Of a stretch of 64,000 nt of DNA, positions 38,662-51,916 are shown in pieces. The stretch is from NCBI RefSeq assembly GCF_964355755.1, contig NC_092679.1, positions 23,853,432 to 23,917,431 of the forward strand. Reading direction: 5' to 3'. The notes under the pieces are model-generated. The model saw nothing but the letters and a program-made list of their open reading frames with translations. It was not told where the DNA came from and did no database searches. Each line of letters begins with the position of its first letter. Position 1 is the first letter of the stretch. Source of the stretch: Antedon mediterranea. Taxonomy: Eukaryota > Animalia > Echinodermata. A program made the translations under genes and the position numbers.

Positions 38662-38868
38662 AACAGGCAGGGTATGAATCCGATAACAGGCAGGGTATGA
38701 ATCCGATAACAGGCAGGGTATGAATCCGATAACAGGCAGGGTATGAATCCGATAACAGGCAGGGTATGAATCCGATAACAGGCAGGGTATGAATCCGATA
38801 ACAGGCAGGGTATGAATCCGATAACAGGCAGGGTATGAATCCGATAACAGGCAGGGTATGAATCCGAT
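38662..38868. repeat. 23-bp minisatellite (AACAGGCAGGGTATGAATCCGAT) x9
   Basis: Nine perfect tandem units; these explain the repetitive ORF 38602-38922. Confidence 0.97.
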
Positions 38869-39549
38869 ACGAAGTTGGAAGAGGAGAATTTGCTCAGGGC
38901 TCACTTTTTCCTGATCGGCCACTTCTTTATTTCACTCATTATAATAAAGTTTGTGTAGTCAGTATAGTCAAATATTACTAATAATATTTTTTGTAAAATC
39001 TCTAAGCGCCTCCTAACCCAACACACTAACATTTCATCAATATTTGGTTCGTATATTTGAATAAATTTCAATGATCTAGTTGACAGATTTACTAGTTTTT
39101 AATGGGTACTGGAATATATCTTTGTTGAATGTACGTGTGCATGTTTAATTTTATAGCATGACATTAGGTAACAAATTTCCAGCCTATACTATTATCTCCA
39201 TAAAAAGCTAGGCGAGGAATGAGGCTGGTTGGATAATTTTACTTACTGAATACTACAGAGCTTTCTAACGACAACCAAAGAAATATTCTACACATCGTTA
39301 TGTAATCTTATGCTAAATATCATCTAATTTTCAATTTTATTTTATCAGAATTCTCTTCTATTGCTTACCTTTAAACCAAATTGTTTTGTTTTAGGTTTAC
39401 TACGAGACAAGTTCTTAATTGGCCTAAACTGTTTTATTGTTATTTGTTGCCATCGATGAAATAAATGAGATACTTTATAGCCACTATAGTCATTTGAAAT
39501 TCTAGATAGATATGCGAACATGAATATATGCAAATAACGAACAACTTAC

Positions 39550-39889
39550 CAATAGTTGTAACGACCGTTGACGCAAAAAAGAACGAGTTAAATATATCCC
39601 ATTGCATATACTCGGATGGTGCCAGCTTGGAACTGTTTACATCTTTGTCATATTTTAAGTCATGGAAGACACCGTTCTCTGTCGCTGTAATCACTTCCTT
39701 TATCAATTCCTTCAACTCCCCACTTTCAATGCATGTGTGTGATTGCTTAAACTCGGTAAAAAAAGTCACCAAGTCATTTCGTACTTGTGTTTCATTGTCT
39801 GCTTCCAATAGATGAAACACAAGAGCTCCGAACCATAGATATAAAACAAAGCAAAATGTTAATATCAACAAACGTTTTAACAGCGTCAT
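39550..39889 (-). CDS. Two-pore-domain potassium channel (K2P/KCNK family), first coding exon
   Basis: M1 (YLWFGALVFHLLE), extracellular cap with Cys (HTC), and pore helix WDIFNSFFFASTVVTTIG ending at a phase-1 donor G|GTAAGT. Joined to 27114-26438 it gives 1017 nt (338 aa). A strong acceptor (ttctattttttcag|) at 40006 suggests an upstream 5'UTR exon. Confidence 0.95.
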
Positions 39890-40895
39890 GTCGAATTTTG
39901 ATTGATCATATGAATTGCCGGATTACCCACAAGACAAGTAAGCGGAAACATTAAAGTTAACAACATTTTATTGTTTTTATAGATGATTTTCTTCAGTGAC
40001 ATTAGCTGAAAAAATAGAAAAAAACACATCATATTGTTGCTATATTTGAATTATAATGTTATAAGCAGTGTATATAATAATATTGCAATAATAGGCTACT
40101 GGTCTGTTGAAGTATAGTCTTTCTAAGTAGGCATGCTTGGAGGCCGAGACAATAACCCACAGCGAGCGAAGAAAAAAACTAAAAAAAGACGTAATATTTA
40201 ATATCAATGTTTATATTGTTTCTTTAGCAGCAAGCAAGCAGAGTTTAATGCTGTTTACCCGATTATTATATAGTATAGATTTCTCTAGTATCATATAGGA
40301 ATATTTGGTAATACAAGATCACTAACCTTACATCATGATACGGGCACGTCATTGTATGAGATGTTACTAATATTCCTATGATGTGCAAATATTGTAGTAT
40401 GTGGAGATACAGCACTGAGACTCGTGTATATTGCTCACTTACATTAACTATCTGTATGTAGCAGCCATTAAAGTAGATCCATAAGACAACACTTTTTTAA
40501 GCTCGAATAAGTGATTAACTGCATCTGAGAAGAAGAATAAATATTGACGTAAATTATCAAAATAAAAGCACTTGATTGTTGAATGAAGCCTTCCAGTATA
40601 ATCACCTTGTTTATATTATAACTTATTAATGTCCGTGAAGATCAGCTTGAGTATTGTTCGTAACGACGTGCTGTATAAAGATGAGTATGTTCTAAACACA
40701 TGGTTAACAAAGAATCAAGGTCTAATAACTCCACATAACAATAACAACACAGTAGATGTTGGACCTTTGTATAACAGAAGATGTAAACTCGAATATTGCT
40801 GTTTAAGCTTACACACTTACTACACTGTGGATTATAAAAATGAATAATACACGTATAGTATTCTACGTAAAGTGCATGATACAATTACTCAGTAA

Positions 40896-41074
40896 AGCTT
40901 GGTTCCCACTAGAACGTAACGCAAGGACGTAAACGCAACGCAAGCGTTTTAACCAATGACAAGCGAAGTTATAGACAGTTAGCAATCACAAGCCAATAAG
41001 CCATCGCTTGTGATTGGTCAATTCACTTGTATTGCGTTACGTCCTTGTGTTGCGTCGCTAGTGGGAACCACGCT
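40896..41074. mobile_element. MITE family M2 (PIF/Harbinger-like)
   Basis: TAA|AGCTTGGTTCCCACTAG...CTAGTGGGAACCACGCT|TAA. Confidence 0.9.
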
Positions 41075-41204
41075 TAAGTTTAGACCAGCACGTTTGCTGT
41101 GTATTAGATAATAAAAAATGAAATTAAGTAAAATGATAGTTATATAGCTTATGTTGTTATTGTAATATACAGAGTCCCTTGTCATTCTGATGTTTACAAT
41201 GTTT

Positions 41205-41277
41205 TATTATTATTATTATCATTGTTATACTGGGTAGCCTCTTCAGTCAAAGACTGTGCTTCCAGAGGGCCCATAGT
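41205..41277 (-). mobile_element. LINE 3'-end stub
   Basis: The minus strand reads gggccctctggaagcacagtc...gactgaagaggctacccag...(AAT)n, resembling the 3' UTR at 7838-7911. Confidence 0.5.
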
Positions 41278-42032
41278 GTATAGTACTATGATGAGTTTGT
41301 GACAGTGGCTGTGTGTGAACAAGTAGGCCTACACATGGCTTCGATGGATACGTTTCGTCTTCGATGTGTATCAACAAGAACCTCTCTAATTATACATATT
41401 CGGAAACTTTCTTTCTATCTACTTCAGTCAAAATCGGTACGGATCGATATCATCATTTGTGCCCCGGAGGCACGTATTACGTAATTTTAAATATCACTTA
41501 GAGAGACAGTATAGATTATTTTCATCAATATTATTGTTTCCAAGACTTGCTTCACGGCTATGCTCCATTACCGCTGTCCGCCGATACAATTATTACATGT
41601 GGTGCTGGAAAAATTAAGCAACTAAAGTAAAAGTGAATACATTGAAACTTCTGTAAATAATCTACAAAACATGTTCATTTGCAATATACATAATTAAAGA
41701 TAGTTTTCATTGGTACTTTGACCAATCACGATGCAATGTATCATAATACATCCCGTCGTGATTGGTCAAATTACGTCGCGATCCACTTACGTACGTCCAA
41801 TCTAGACTTAGGCTAGCCCTTCCGCAGGGAAAAGTCAAGTTATCAACGGATGTAGGCTTACATTTTCTTCTCAATTTTACCAACAACATTATAATACGAT
41901 ATAATACTCATCTCACTCGTATTAAGTTGCCATACGCAAACAATATACAAACAGCAAACAGTAAAATTAATGATTACGCGCTTACTTTGAACATGATTAG
42001 GCCTATACCGTTCTTGTTTTCTCAGCAAAGTT

Positions 42033-42199
42033 ACTAGCGACGCAACGCAAGGACGAAACGCAACGAAAGTGAATTGACCAATCAAAAGCGATGGCTTATT
42101 CGCTTGTGATTGCTAACTGTCTATAACTTCGCTTGTCATTGGTTAAAACGCTTGCGTTGCGTTTACGTCCTTGCGTTACGTTCTAGTGGGAACCAAGCT
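42033..42199. mobile_element. MITE family M2, reverse orientation, one TIR truncated
   Basis: Reverse complement of 40896-41060. Confidence 0.85.
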
Positions 42200-45100
42200 T
42201 TAGTATGCTACTTAAATTGCAGGAAACGCAATTATGCTAGCTCACAATTAGCGCCTTTGGGTGTATCGTGTAAGTGTTCTCTGCAATATAACAACATTAA
42301 GTATATGTCATCAACTATGAGGCACAAACTACTGTACATCAGTTGTGTCTGGGGAGGCCTACGGAGTCTAAATGCATCTTACATATTAATTTATAAAATT
42401 TAAATAATATAATCACTACATTACTTACAAATTGTGTGCGAAAACAAGAAAAAACTACAATTGACAATTGAATACGGTTTATAATCCGAAAAGACTTGTT
42501 CCACCACCGAACACCACAGACGATTTTCATTTCGGATTAATATGTAACATTCACGTTTTATAATTGTATCGTGTAACTGTATTGCATTGTATACTAAATG
42601 TTGAATAAATACGATCGAGTCTCAAACATAAGATATGAAATTACAAGGTAAGGAGGTCTCATTCCAACAGAGGCCTACAGCAAAACGTTAAATCTAACAA
42701 TCGGCTTACAGATGTAATGAGAGATAATGTATTCATGTATCTGTATAGTTTACGATTTTATTAGTGACTTTTTGTACGAAATATGAAAATATAAATTATT
42801 TATATGAATAAAAAACGAAAGCATCTGATTGACACTATAGGCTACGAAAAGAATATTTAAAGGCCCCAGTAAGGTGACATTTTACCTCACTTTCAACTTC
42901 AACAAATGGCAATGAATCAATTGGCAATCGAATGTAAAAAGGTGATAACACTTAATTAAAGTGTTTAACTCATTAATAATTACATTATTAATCACGCACT
43001 TATAGCTTTTTATTTATTTATTTTTTAAATTTATTTCTAAACATATTTCTACTGGATGACAATATCAACGTTGTCCCATAAAGGGGACATTGTTGTTTGA
43101 TTGTGGTTTCGGTAAAACAAGAGAACACCCCCTCTCCACAAAGTCAGCACAATCGTAAATGATTTTTTTGGTAACGATATTCCTAATTGGTGTCCACCCA
43201 TAATTTAATTCTATCCGCAGACTAAAGGAGAAAGAGGAATTAGTACCCCACAATAACATTCATTATAATCAATCAAGCAGGAACAGCTCATACCAATTCC
43301 ATAATAATAAGATTTCGTAAACATCTTCTTGTTTACACTAATATTCGCATGTGTTTAAATTATCATTTCTCATCTGTCGCAGCCGACGAATGCTAATTCA
43401 AGTCTCATAATATCTATTTAGGCAAACACTTCATAGTGTAACGATAATTATTCAGTCTTTGAAAAGCTATGGTGATTATGAAGCTGCTAATGCATTCTGA
43501 ATTATTGAAAATAAGATTAAATTATATCTAAAATGCGTAATATAATAATAAAATTTTAATAACCACTGATGCGTGAATAAATTAAACTAAACGAAAACTG
43601 ATGATGTGTTTGTTTTTCTACCTGTCTTTATGGTATTGTAACATTAATAATTAAATTCAATTATATTGATTAAATTATCATCGGTGTCTAAAACTGATGT
43701 TTGCCGCTGGTGCGTCACTAAATCATTTGTAGGCAAGCTGTGTACATTTATAGCGCTTGATATACAAACAATTATAATGTGTAAAATAATAAAAGTACTT
43801 CTGAACACATTTTTCGTTACTGAAATAAGTCTAATTTCGACAATTTCGGCTATTTCTCCCTATACTACTCTAGGCAGTTGAAAACGTTGAGAGATGTCAG
43901 CAATTTCTTCCATGTGTTGTTATTTCGTAACTGTATCTTTTACTTTAAAGATATATTTCCCCAAAAAACATGAAAATGTACCATTTTGCCGAATAAGGTT
44001 CCTCACTTCCGTAGACTGTTCAATTAGTAACAAAAATAATCACCATTGACAATTTTTAATCATTTGAGTCATTTAAAGTTATTTTCAGCTAAATATTCCA
44101 TCTCCATAAAAGAATCAATATGATGAGACATTAAAATGGCATTATTCAATCAACAATGTAAATATTATTGGTACATGGGGAAAATTATATAGATTGAATG
44201 TTTTTGTGAATTTTGAATGTAAACTTAAACAAAAGCTATTTCAGGTAATGTATTGACCATGTGACCATGAATAAATGAATACGGAATGATTGCTTTGATC
44301 TTTAAAAGTAGGCCTACTCCATATAAAACAGTATACTACGTGAAAATACTGGTATTCTAAACAGGTTTTATCACTAAAAAATATATAACACAATACACTT
44401 AATATGTACATATAGACACTGACGCATAACCATGAATATTGATTTTACTTTCTTACTTTGCGGTTGTACCATAAGTATGGAATATTCACTTAAAGAAAAT
44501 TAACTTAATGGAAAAAGGCTTTAAGGAAATAACATGTCAAGGTCTGTATGAAAAAAGGCATACTTGGAAAGTCAGTACTGTTGGGTGTCGAAAGAAACTC
44601 CTGGATTGAGAGGAAGAAGGAAGCAAATATAAAAAGATATACAGAACTGTCATTGTAAAATTTTAATAATAAGAACTTATTTCTCTATTTTGTTTTCAGC
44701 ATTCAACTTTTGTTTATGTTTTCTGCTTGCAGAAACATTACCCGCGATAAAAGAGCTTTCTTAAGTCAAGTTAAACACATATATAGTTCGTGGATTAGTT
44801 TTTAAGATCTTTGTTATGTTTAGGGGCCTACTGTTTTATGTTGATAGGAAGTCCGAAAGAAAGAGAAATAAAAGTATAACATTGTTTGATGTACACCTCT
44901 ATTACAAGATCGCGTTGGTTCGAAAGTTACCGATTGAATAAAGTTATCTTATTTACACGCTAAAAACATTACAATTGACTCTTTAGACATTTTCTGGGGG
45001 TTTTTTTTGACCATTTTATGACCAATATTTAGCTTATAGCCAATAATTGATTAAGAAATCAATTGTCTCTAACATGAAGAATAGATCTTTAATTGGAATA

Positions 45101-45853
45101 TATGATAACCTTAAGCAACCTGATCAACATTATATACTAGGTCAATAACCTATCAGGCAAGTAGGACTCATAAGTTCAAAAACTTACCACCAGCTGAGGA
45201 ACATGGTATTGGATATGATACTGTAGTAAGAAAAACAACCTATCAAGTTTGTTATTAATAATTATATAACATCAACGCTGAAGATGGATAACTCTATAAC
45301 CATTGACTATTAATTAACCAGCATTGGATTACTAAGTATATACTTGCCATATAGTAGGCCTACTTGTTATTATCTTCGTCGACTGCTATATTGTTATCTT
45401 TTCTGCGACTGGTGTTGTTTTGACAGATTTCTATGAGGAACCATGTCTTACAAGAAAGAATTCGCTAACGTTTGGATTGGAATTAATTGAGGTCGGTTCG
45501 ACCCAGTTAAGTTGTTGCGAGGTCGGTTCGACCCAGTTAAGTTGTTGCGTGTTCCGTGTAGACGTAAGTCTAATATTAATCGAATACGTTCATGTATAAC
45601 ATGAATTAAACCTACATAAATAGAATTTACCTATTCCTAAATTACACAAAAAAAGCTACATTAACTTACTCCATTTCATGGAACGGAAGACGGCCGGCGA
45701 CGTTTTGTTGAAATGGAAATTCATGTACAAAATTACACGGTCCCTTTTCTGTGTAACAAACCAAGCTTTCTTTAGCTTTAGGCTGGAATAAATATCCAAA
45801 CTGAATTAATTATACCATAGGCATACGTTTTGGATTAGTTTAACTTATTAGTA

Positions 45854-47410
45854 CTAGATGGCACGCTCGCTTCGCTCGCGTACCATCTAGGTCGTGCCCA
45901 CAGATGGTTCTCGAATACACAGTATTTCCAGCGAGAAAAAAATGGAGATTTCAAACAGTGTACGTACCGCAGGACTATAATACATATTGTCGTTTACAGA
46001 AACGAATAAATATACACAATGATTTATGTAGTCAACCAAAATTAGCACCCTGGGAATTACTTCCGAGAGAAAAACAAAATGAGTCAAATTTTTTTATTTG
46101 GACTCATTTAAACAAACCCAATTTGTGTTTTGTATGTAACATTAAGGGTTGAGGGATGGGGGAAGAAGATGGGTACAAAGAGGAAACATTTTAAAATATA
46201 TTCTTATCCACTCAGTAACGAAATATTGTTTTTAATGTTTTATAGGCCTATAAATAATATACCACTAAATACAGTAAAACATTTACGATTTAATACGGTA
46301 CTTTGTTAAAACTCTCACTGTCATAGTCGATTGAAATAGTAAAGTACACCACTACGACGTTTATATATTTTTAAATTATTAATTAATACAAACGTTGAGA
46401 AGCAACTGTCAGTAATAACATTTATTTATTTGTATATTATATGTTTATAATCTAACAGTAGGGCCTACCCACACTCACAGTAATAAAGTTTATTTGTATA
46501 TATTTTTATATTACATCTAACAGTACCAACACTCACAGTAAGAAATTTGCGATTCAAATTGTGATCAAAAGTGGTTAATACCTTAACAGTATTGTACAGC
46601 ATTGCAATACTATTTATGTTTATTCTCCAAGGGGGCCCATAAATCTAAATCTATACCTCTATGGTTAAACCAAATAATTTGGAATGTTTATTTCTATATT
46701 ATATGTTTAGGCCTATAATCTAACAGTAGGGCCTACCCACACTCACAGTAATAAAGTTTATTTGTATATATTTTTATATTACATCTAACAGTACCAACAC
46801 TCACAGTAAGAAATTTGCGATTCAAATTGCGATCAAAAGTGGTTAATACCTTAACAGTATTGTACAGCATTGCAATACTATTTATGTTTATTCTCCAAGG
46901 GGGCCCATAAATCTAAATCTATACCTGTATGGTTAAACCAAATAATTTGGAATGTTCCATTCATCACAAATCAATACATTTGTAAAAACGTATATTAAAT
47001 GTATCAAAATAGTATTTTTTAAAGAAAATCGGCCTGTCTTCAACATTATGATGCTGTACTCGAACTGTTCAACCGGTTTTCAGCTATTAAAAACAATTAT
47101 CGTAGGAGGAGATAGGAAAATGCGAAGCCTCCTCGCATTTTTGTGGCGGGTATTTTTCAAGACGGACATCCATTAGACAGTGTATACCACGATCGGAAAA
47201 CACCCCTATTTGGGGCAAATCGTTGAACCTAAATTCGTTTTAATCGTCAATAACTAATTATCTAACTTAATTTAATTAGTAAACAGGGTTACATCAGGTG
47301 GTTAAAATCAGTACCGAAAGTACCAACCAACTTTATATACCACCGTGTAAAAATTCTAGAAGTAAGGCGCGATTTACCGAATTTTGCCCTTACGTAAATT
47401 TATATATAGA
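45854..47410 (-). mobile_element. Non-autonomous Helitron, reverse orientation, with internal ~265-bp tandem duplication
   Basis: A|CTAGATGGCACGCTCGCTTCGCTCGCGTACCATCTAG ... TTTATATATAGA|T. ~46445-46690 is repeated at ~46715-46955. Confidence 0.93.
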
Positions 47411-47462
47411 TTAATAATTCGGAGCAATATGTTGACTTTAGTCGTGTAAATTGTTCTATCTA

Positions 47463-47509
47463 AATTTGTACAGCCCATTCGTTTATTAAACGAATGGGCT
47501 GTACAAATT
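47463..47509. repeat. Perfect 47-bp inverted repeat
   Basis: AATTTGTACAGCCCATTCGTTTA-T-TAAACGAATGGGCTGTACAAATT. Confidence 0.9.
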
Positions 47510-48251
47510 AAGGCCATGTTCAATAATGAAAACCAATGAAATAAAATTTATATGAATACATTTTTACAAAAATCATCTGAGAACTTATTAGTCCTGATCC
47601 CTATGTCAAAAAAAAATGTGCCTTCGTGTGCAAATCATGAGGAAAGTGTAAACATTGTGTTTTATAAATGTTTGAAGCATGCTGGTTATAAAAACCCATG
47701 TTGTTCTCAATTCACATTTTGACCTCTGACCTCAATTTGAATATGGTTATATCTTTACAAACTCAATTAATAATTAGTATGCAATATTGCTTTTCTTGTA
47801 TTAAAAGTAGTAGTATTATAGTTCAACGATATTTTATTCATGAAATAAATGATTCACAATGCCTTCAGCTTTTGGAAATTAAATCTATTTGCAATTAATT
47901 GACAGTCACTTTATGTTGAAAGTGCTAAGCTGCCATTGTGATAAAGACCCGGATTTATATATAACATACGCGCGCCAGTCCATTATTTTAACAAGTCATT
48001 TTAAACATGTTTATTTACATTATACAGTTTATATTTTGTCTTTTCTTTGTTGAGGTTTGGTTATTTTATTTAATTGTTTGTTGTTGATATATGTGTTCAC
48101 TCATAAGCCAGAATAGGCTGGTCTTGTAATTTAAACGGTAATCTCTTCTTTCTTGATCACATTTGCCGACAGAAGAAGAGATTACCTTCCTAAATGTACT
48201 TAACCTAACCCTCTAAATAATCTCTCTCAACTAATAAAAAAAAACACGCTA

Positions 48252-48310
48252 TTGATACCTCGAACCCAGGGTTCCAGTGTCATAGAGTAAACCCTTTACC
48301 ACTCGACCAA
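48252..48310 (-). mobile_element. tRNA-derived SINE-like head
   Basis: The minus strand has TGGTCGAGTGG (A box) and GGTTCGAGG (B-box-like) at tRNA-like spacing, but no complete cloverleaf. Confidence 0.45.
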
Positions 48311-50559
48311 ACATTTTGGTTGGGATAGTCACGTCAATTGACTCTGATGGCATGGTTGTTCAGTCTAGTGTGACCGTATATTCAAATGAGGAAAATGTGA
48401 CCGAGGAAGAATAACTTACTAATTTAAACAAGAGTGTGATTAAATAAATAGAATATACGAAAATAAATATACGAACATATACGTGGTCTTTGATACAGGG
48501 AAGCCCCGGATTTAAAGTTGATATTATTTTATTGTAAAATATAAACCTTTGAAACAACATTGATAATAAAATATAATTATTTTCGAAAGCGGTGAGCACG
48601 GAGGTGTTACAAGACTTTATCGTAATAAGATAAGAAAACCTGACTCATTTATATGTACATTTTAGGCATTTTTCTCAAGAACAATCAATTTAGCATAGCA
48701 AAAAATACCGTTGAATGTTTTATTAAAAATATGGTAGTTACCGGCTGTGTACTTTGTTATCTTACAACTTCAGAAAGCCACCATGTTATTTCAGAGAGCT
48801 AATATTAGTTCACGCTGGTCTTTCTGCCAACATGACAAATGCAGCATGCATATAGGCAGACGCAATTCAGTCTCAGTTTATTTAGCATTTATACCTACAT
48901 AACTCTGTATAATCAGCTTGCATGCGAATTTTATTGTTATCCTATAAATCTTAATAAATCAAAAAATGAATCATTAATATTTACATATTTATAATCCTTG
49001 TTTGTTTTACGCAAAAAAGATAAAATAGTTATGATCAATAAAATTGTTTTTGTTTAGTTTTGCGTAAATATGTAAATTTTAAATTGATTTTTGGACACAG
49101 CTGGGGACAAACTGTAAATGTTAATTTTGATTTTGTGTCGCTAAAGTCGCTACAGTGTTTTACATTATTTTACTTGATAAAGAAAAAAAATTAACAAATC
49201 AGAAAACAAAAATACTAAATGATTGATAATGTTTACTAATGGTATCATACTAACGGTTACAATTATGATATTAATGAGGGGAAAACACAGAAAATAATAT
49301 AAAGAAAAGGTAAAAAATGTTTAGAAATTATATAATAAAACATTGAATAAATAAAGGTGGTGTTGAACCACAAAAGATAAAATTCAATTCACTTTTATTT
49401 CAGAACAAAGTCCATATCCATAACACATAACAATATTCTAAAAAATAAATGTAAGTAATTAAAAAAATCTATACCACATGTCGCACATAATAATGAAAAA
49501 TGGAAATAAAGTTAAGTGAATAACGGCAGAAAATGAAATACACAACTAATAACAATAAAATAATAAAAATATGAATAGATCTCATAACATATTCAAACAG
49601 CTACACATTTTGCTTCAATAAACGTTCGGTAAGATAATAATATAAACAAAGTACACGAAGGTTAAATGCTTTTGTAATTCCACAATTATCTTGAATCTTA
49701 AGTACAGAACACAAAACTACTTACAATCTCAATTTAAGTTTAGTTTTTATCTCAATTCTCTGGAGTGATGATTCGTTATGAAGTGTAATATGTGATATTC
49801 TGGTGTAAGTTGCACGTACTAGTGGCCATACCAATATCGACATGTAGAGATACATAAATTGATTCGATCCTGAAGGTTTACAAATGAGTGTTATAATAAG
49901 ATATTTCCTAGAAACAGCAACAACTTCATCTCCAACTATTTCCGGACTAATTACATTTTTTTTGTACCTTCTTATCTTATTGCATTTCAGTATCCTTTTA
50001 CGTATCACTTTCCATATATTGATCGTAACACATAAAGTACTGGTAAATTGTATATTTCGTAATTCTTCAATCTCCAACGTGTTATAGTTTAACACCTAAT
50101 GACAACTTGTAATTAGAATAATGGTTGAAGTATAAGATTGAGTACCAAGGGAGATGACATCAAATATTAGATTACTTTCAATTTTGCCTAAAAGGTATAT
50201 TGAATTCATTTCAATCATTACTAGAGCATTGCTAATTATTACTAACTAAAAAAAACCAAGTATATCAATCTATGTGTAGAAAATGTATAAAAACCTTCAA
50301 CAACGATCGTGTGACGTCATTCTATTAATTGTTCATTCAGTCTTATAAGATGAAATAAAATAATTGCTCACTTTTGCACATGTATCAGAAAAGATTAATT
50401 CCTTCCCGCGTTTATGACATTTTAAAGGATTTTTTGATGAATTTAATTATTTTGGACGAAGTGAGAGACTACTATTAAATTAGAAAACAATTACTACTAT
50501 TATGTTTAATAAAAATTCGACACAATAATCATGCGTGTCCAGAGATTAATATGGGCAAA

Positions 50560-50773
50560 GCCTAACACAGGAGATCATCGCCCAAAGCCCTGGATCAATA
50601 CATGTAAAAATGAACTTGCACTGATGAAGGGCTAGGGTTGCCCGAAAGCTCTGTTAACTTTTTACTTTATCGTTTTGATTTAGCTTTTTACTTTTTTTCT
50701 TATATCCCTTGAGATCCAGCCATTGATACCCACAGCATTGTCATTTTTTCAGTTATTTGCCTTTGGAAAATAA

Positions 50774-50807
<34 letters not shown>
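50560..50807 (+). mobile_element. Penelope-like element terminal remnant abutting an (AT)n tract
   Basis: Contains the CTGATGAAGGGC...GCCCGAAAGCTC motif characteristic of PLE pseudo-LTRs, followed by a T-rich stretch and (AT)n at ~50778-50807. Boundaries are approximate. Confidence 0.55.
50612..50660 (+). ncRNA. Minimal type I hammerhead ribozyme motif
   Basis: CUGAUGA core (50621-50627), stem II GGGC/GCCC, GAAA, palindromic stem III AGCU, putative cleavage after C50651. Stem I is only ~3 bp. Confidence 0.55.
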
Positions 50808-50809
<2 letters not shown>

Positions 50810-51579
50810 AAAGTGTAAGTTTGATTAAATCAGAAAAAATTGTTTCGTAATATTATTTCAACTATAACGGTAAACTTATTTTATAAACTAGAATGCATAC
50901 AGTAAACATGCATACAGTATAATATAACTGTCCCTATACATAAAACTCTCCCGCCCTCTCAAACCGAAATTAAAAATAACAATGGTGAGTTTTGAATAAA
51001 TGCATGACTGTGACCATTTCCATTGCAAAATGTAACTAAATGTACCCTAGATGAAATATAATGGATCAACTGTGCCAAGTTTGGCGAGATTCGGATAGTG
51101 TGGCCTACTGTAAATAGTTGTTGAAGAGTTGTGACCATGTCCTTCAAAATCGAACTCGAAATTTTATGTTCAAGTTTGGTGAGATTCGGATAAAAAAACT
51201 AAGTTGTTGACAAAGAAACAACTGGTAATCAAATATTTTTCCTGAGGTTACCCATTTGTATATTTCTATCGGTTGCTAACAGTGTCTCGTTAAACCTGTG
51301 ACATTTTAGTATAATGCTGAATAATTGGACTAATGTTACCCATGACGCTGACTGATAATTGATAATATCGATGATTTATGCATTTTATTCGAAGTATATC
51401 ACTGTTACTCACTACACGATTTTTCTAGCAAATCATATCATAACGATTTTTATTCATAATTCTTCGGCCGATACGCAAACTTCTCCGGCAGACAGGAAGC
51501 AGTGAGCAGTTCTATGATCTGCACAGCCCGTGTGTGAGCAGCATGTAAATGTGCTTACTTGTTATGTTTAAGTCTTAGG

Positions 51580-51916
51580 TAACGATCGATGATAAACAGA
51601 TAAACGTATATCTTTCTTACATAATACAAACAAAATTTAAAATGTTTTCATTCTAGAACTATAGTACAACCATTTATGCTGCCTTTGACAAAAAGAATAT
51701 TTTCAAACGTCTGATCAATGACGTCATGATTAGTAAGAGCAATAGCATGACGATACACGCGATTTTATTGTTCTTATTTATCATGACGTCATTTGAGTAG
51801 GTCTAAATCAAAGGCAGCACATGTGGTTATCTATCATTTAGTTATAGAATGAGAACATTTCTTAATTCCTTTTTTTATGCAAGGAAAATTAATTTATCTT
51901 GTTATCGTCGATCGTT
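51580..51916. mobile_element. Old foldback/MITE (long imperfect inverted repeat)
   Basis: Nested IR pairs: aacgatcgatgataa/ttatcgtcgatcgtt, tgctgcctttga/tcaaaggcagca, atgacgtcatgat/atcatgacgtcat. Confidence 0.6.

Noticed and set aside
38602-38922. 106-aa ORF with repeated peptide
   Set aside because: It is the translation of the 23-bp minisatellite, with no independent coding evidence.
45489-45549. 30-bp direct duplication containing GGTTCGACCC (B-box-like)
   Set aside because: No A box or cloverleaf upstream; it is a simple two-copy duplication.
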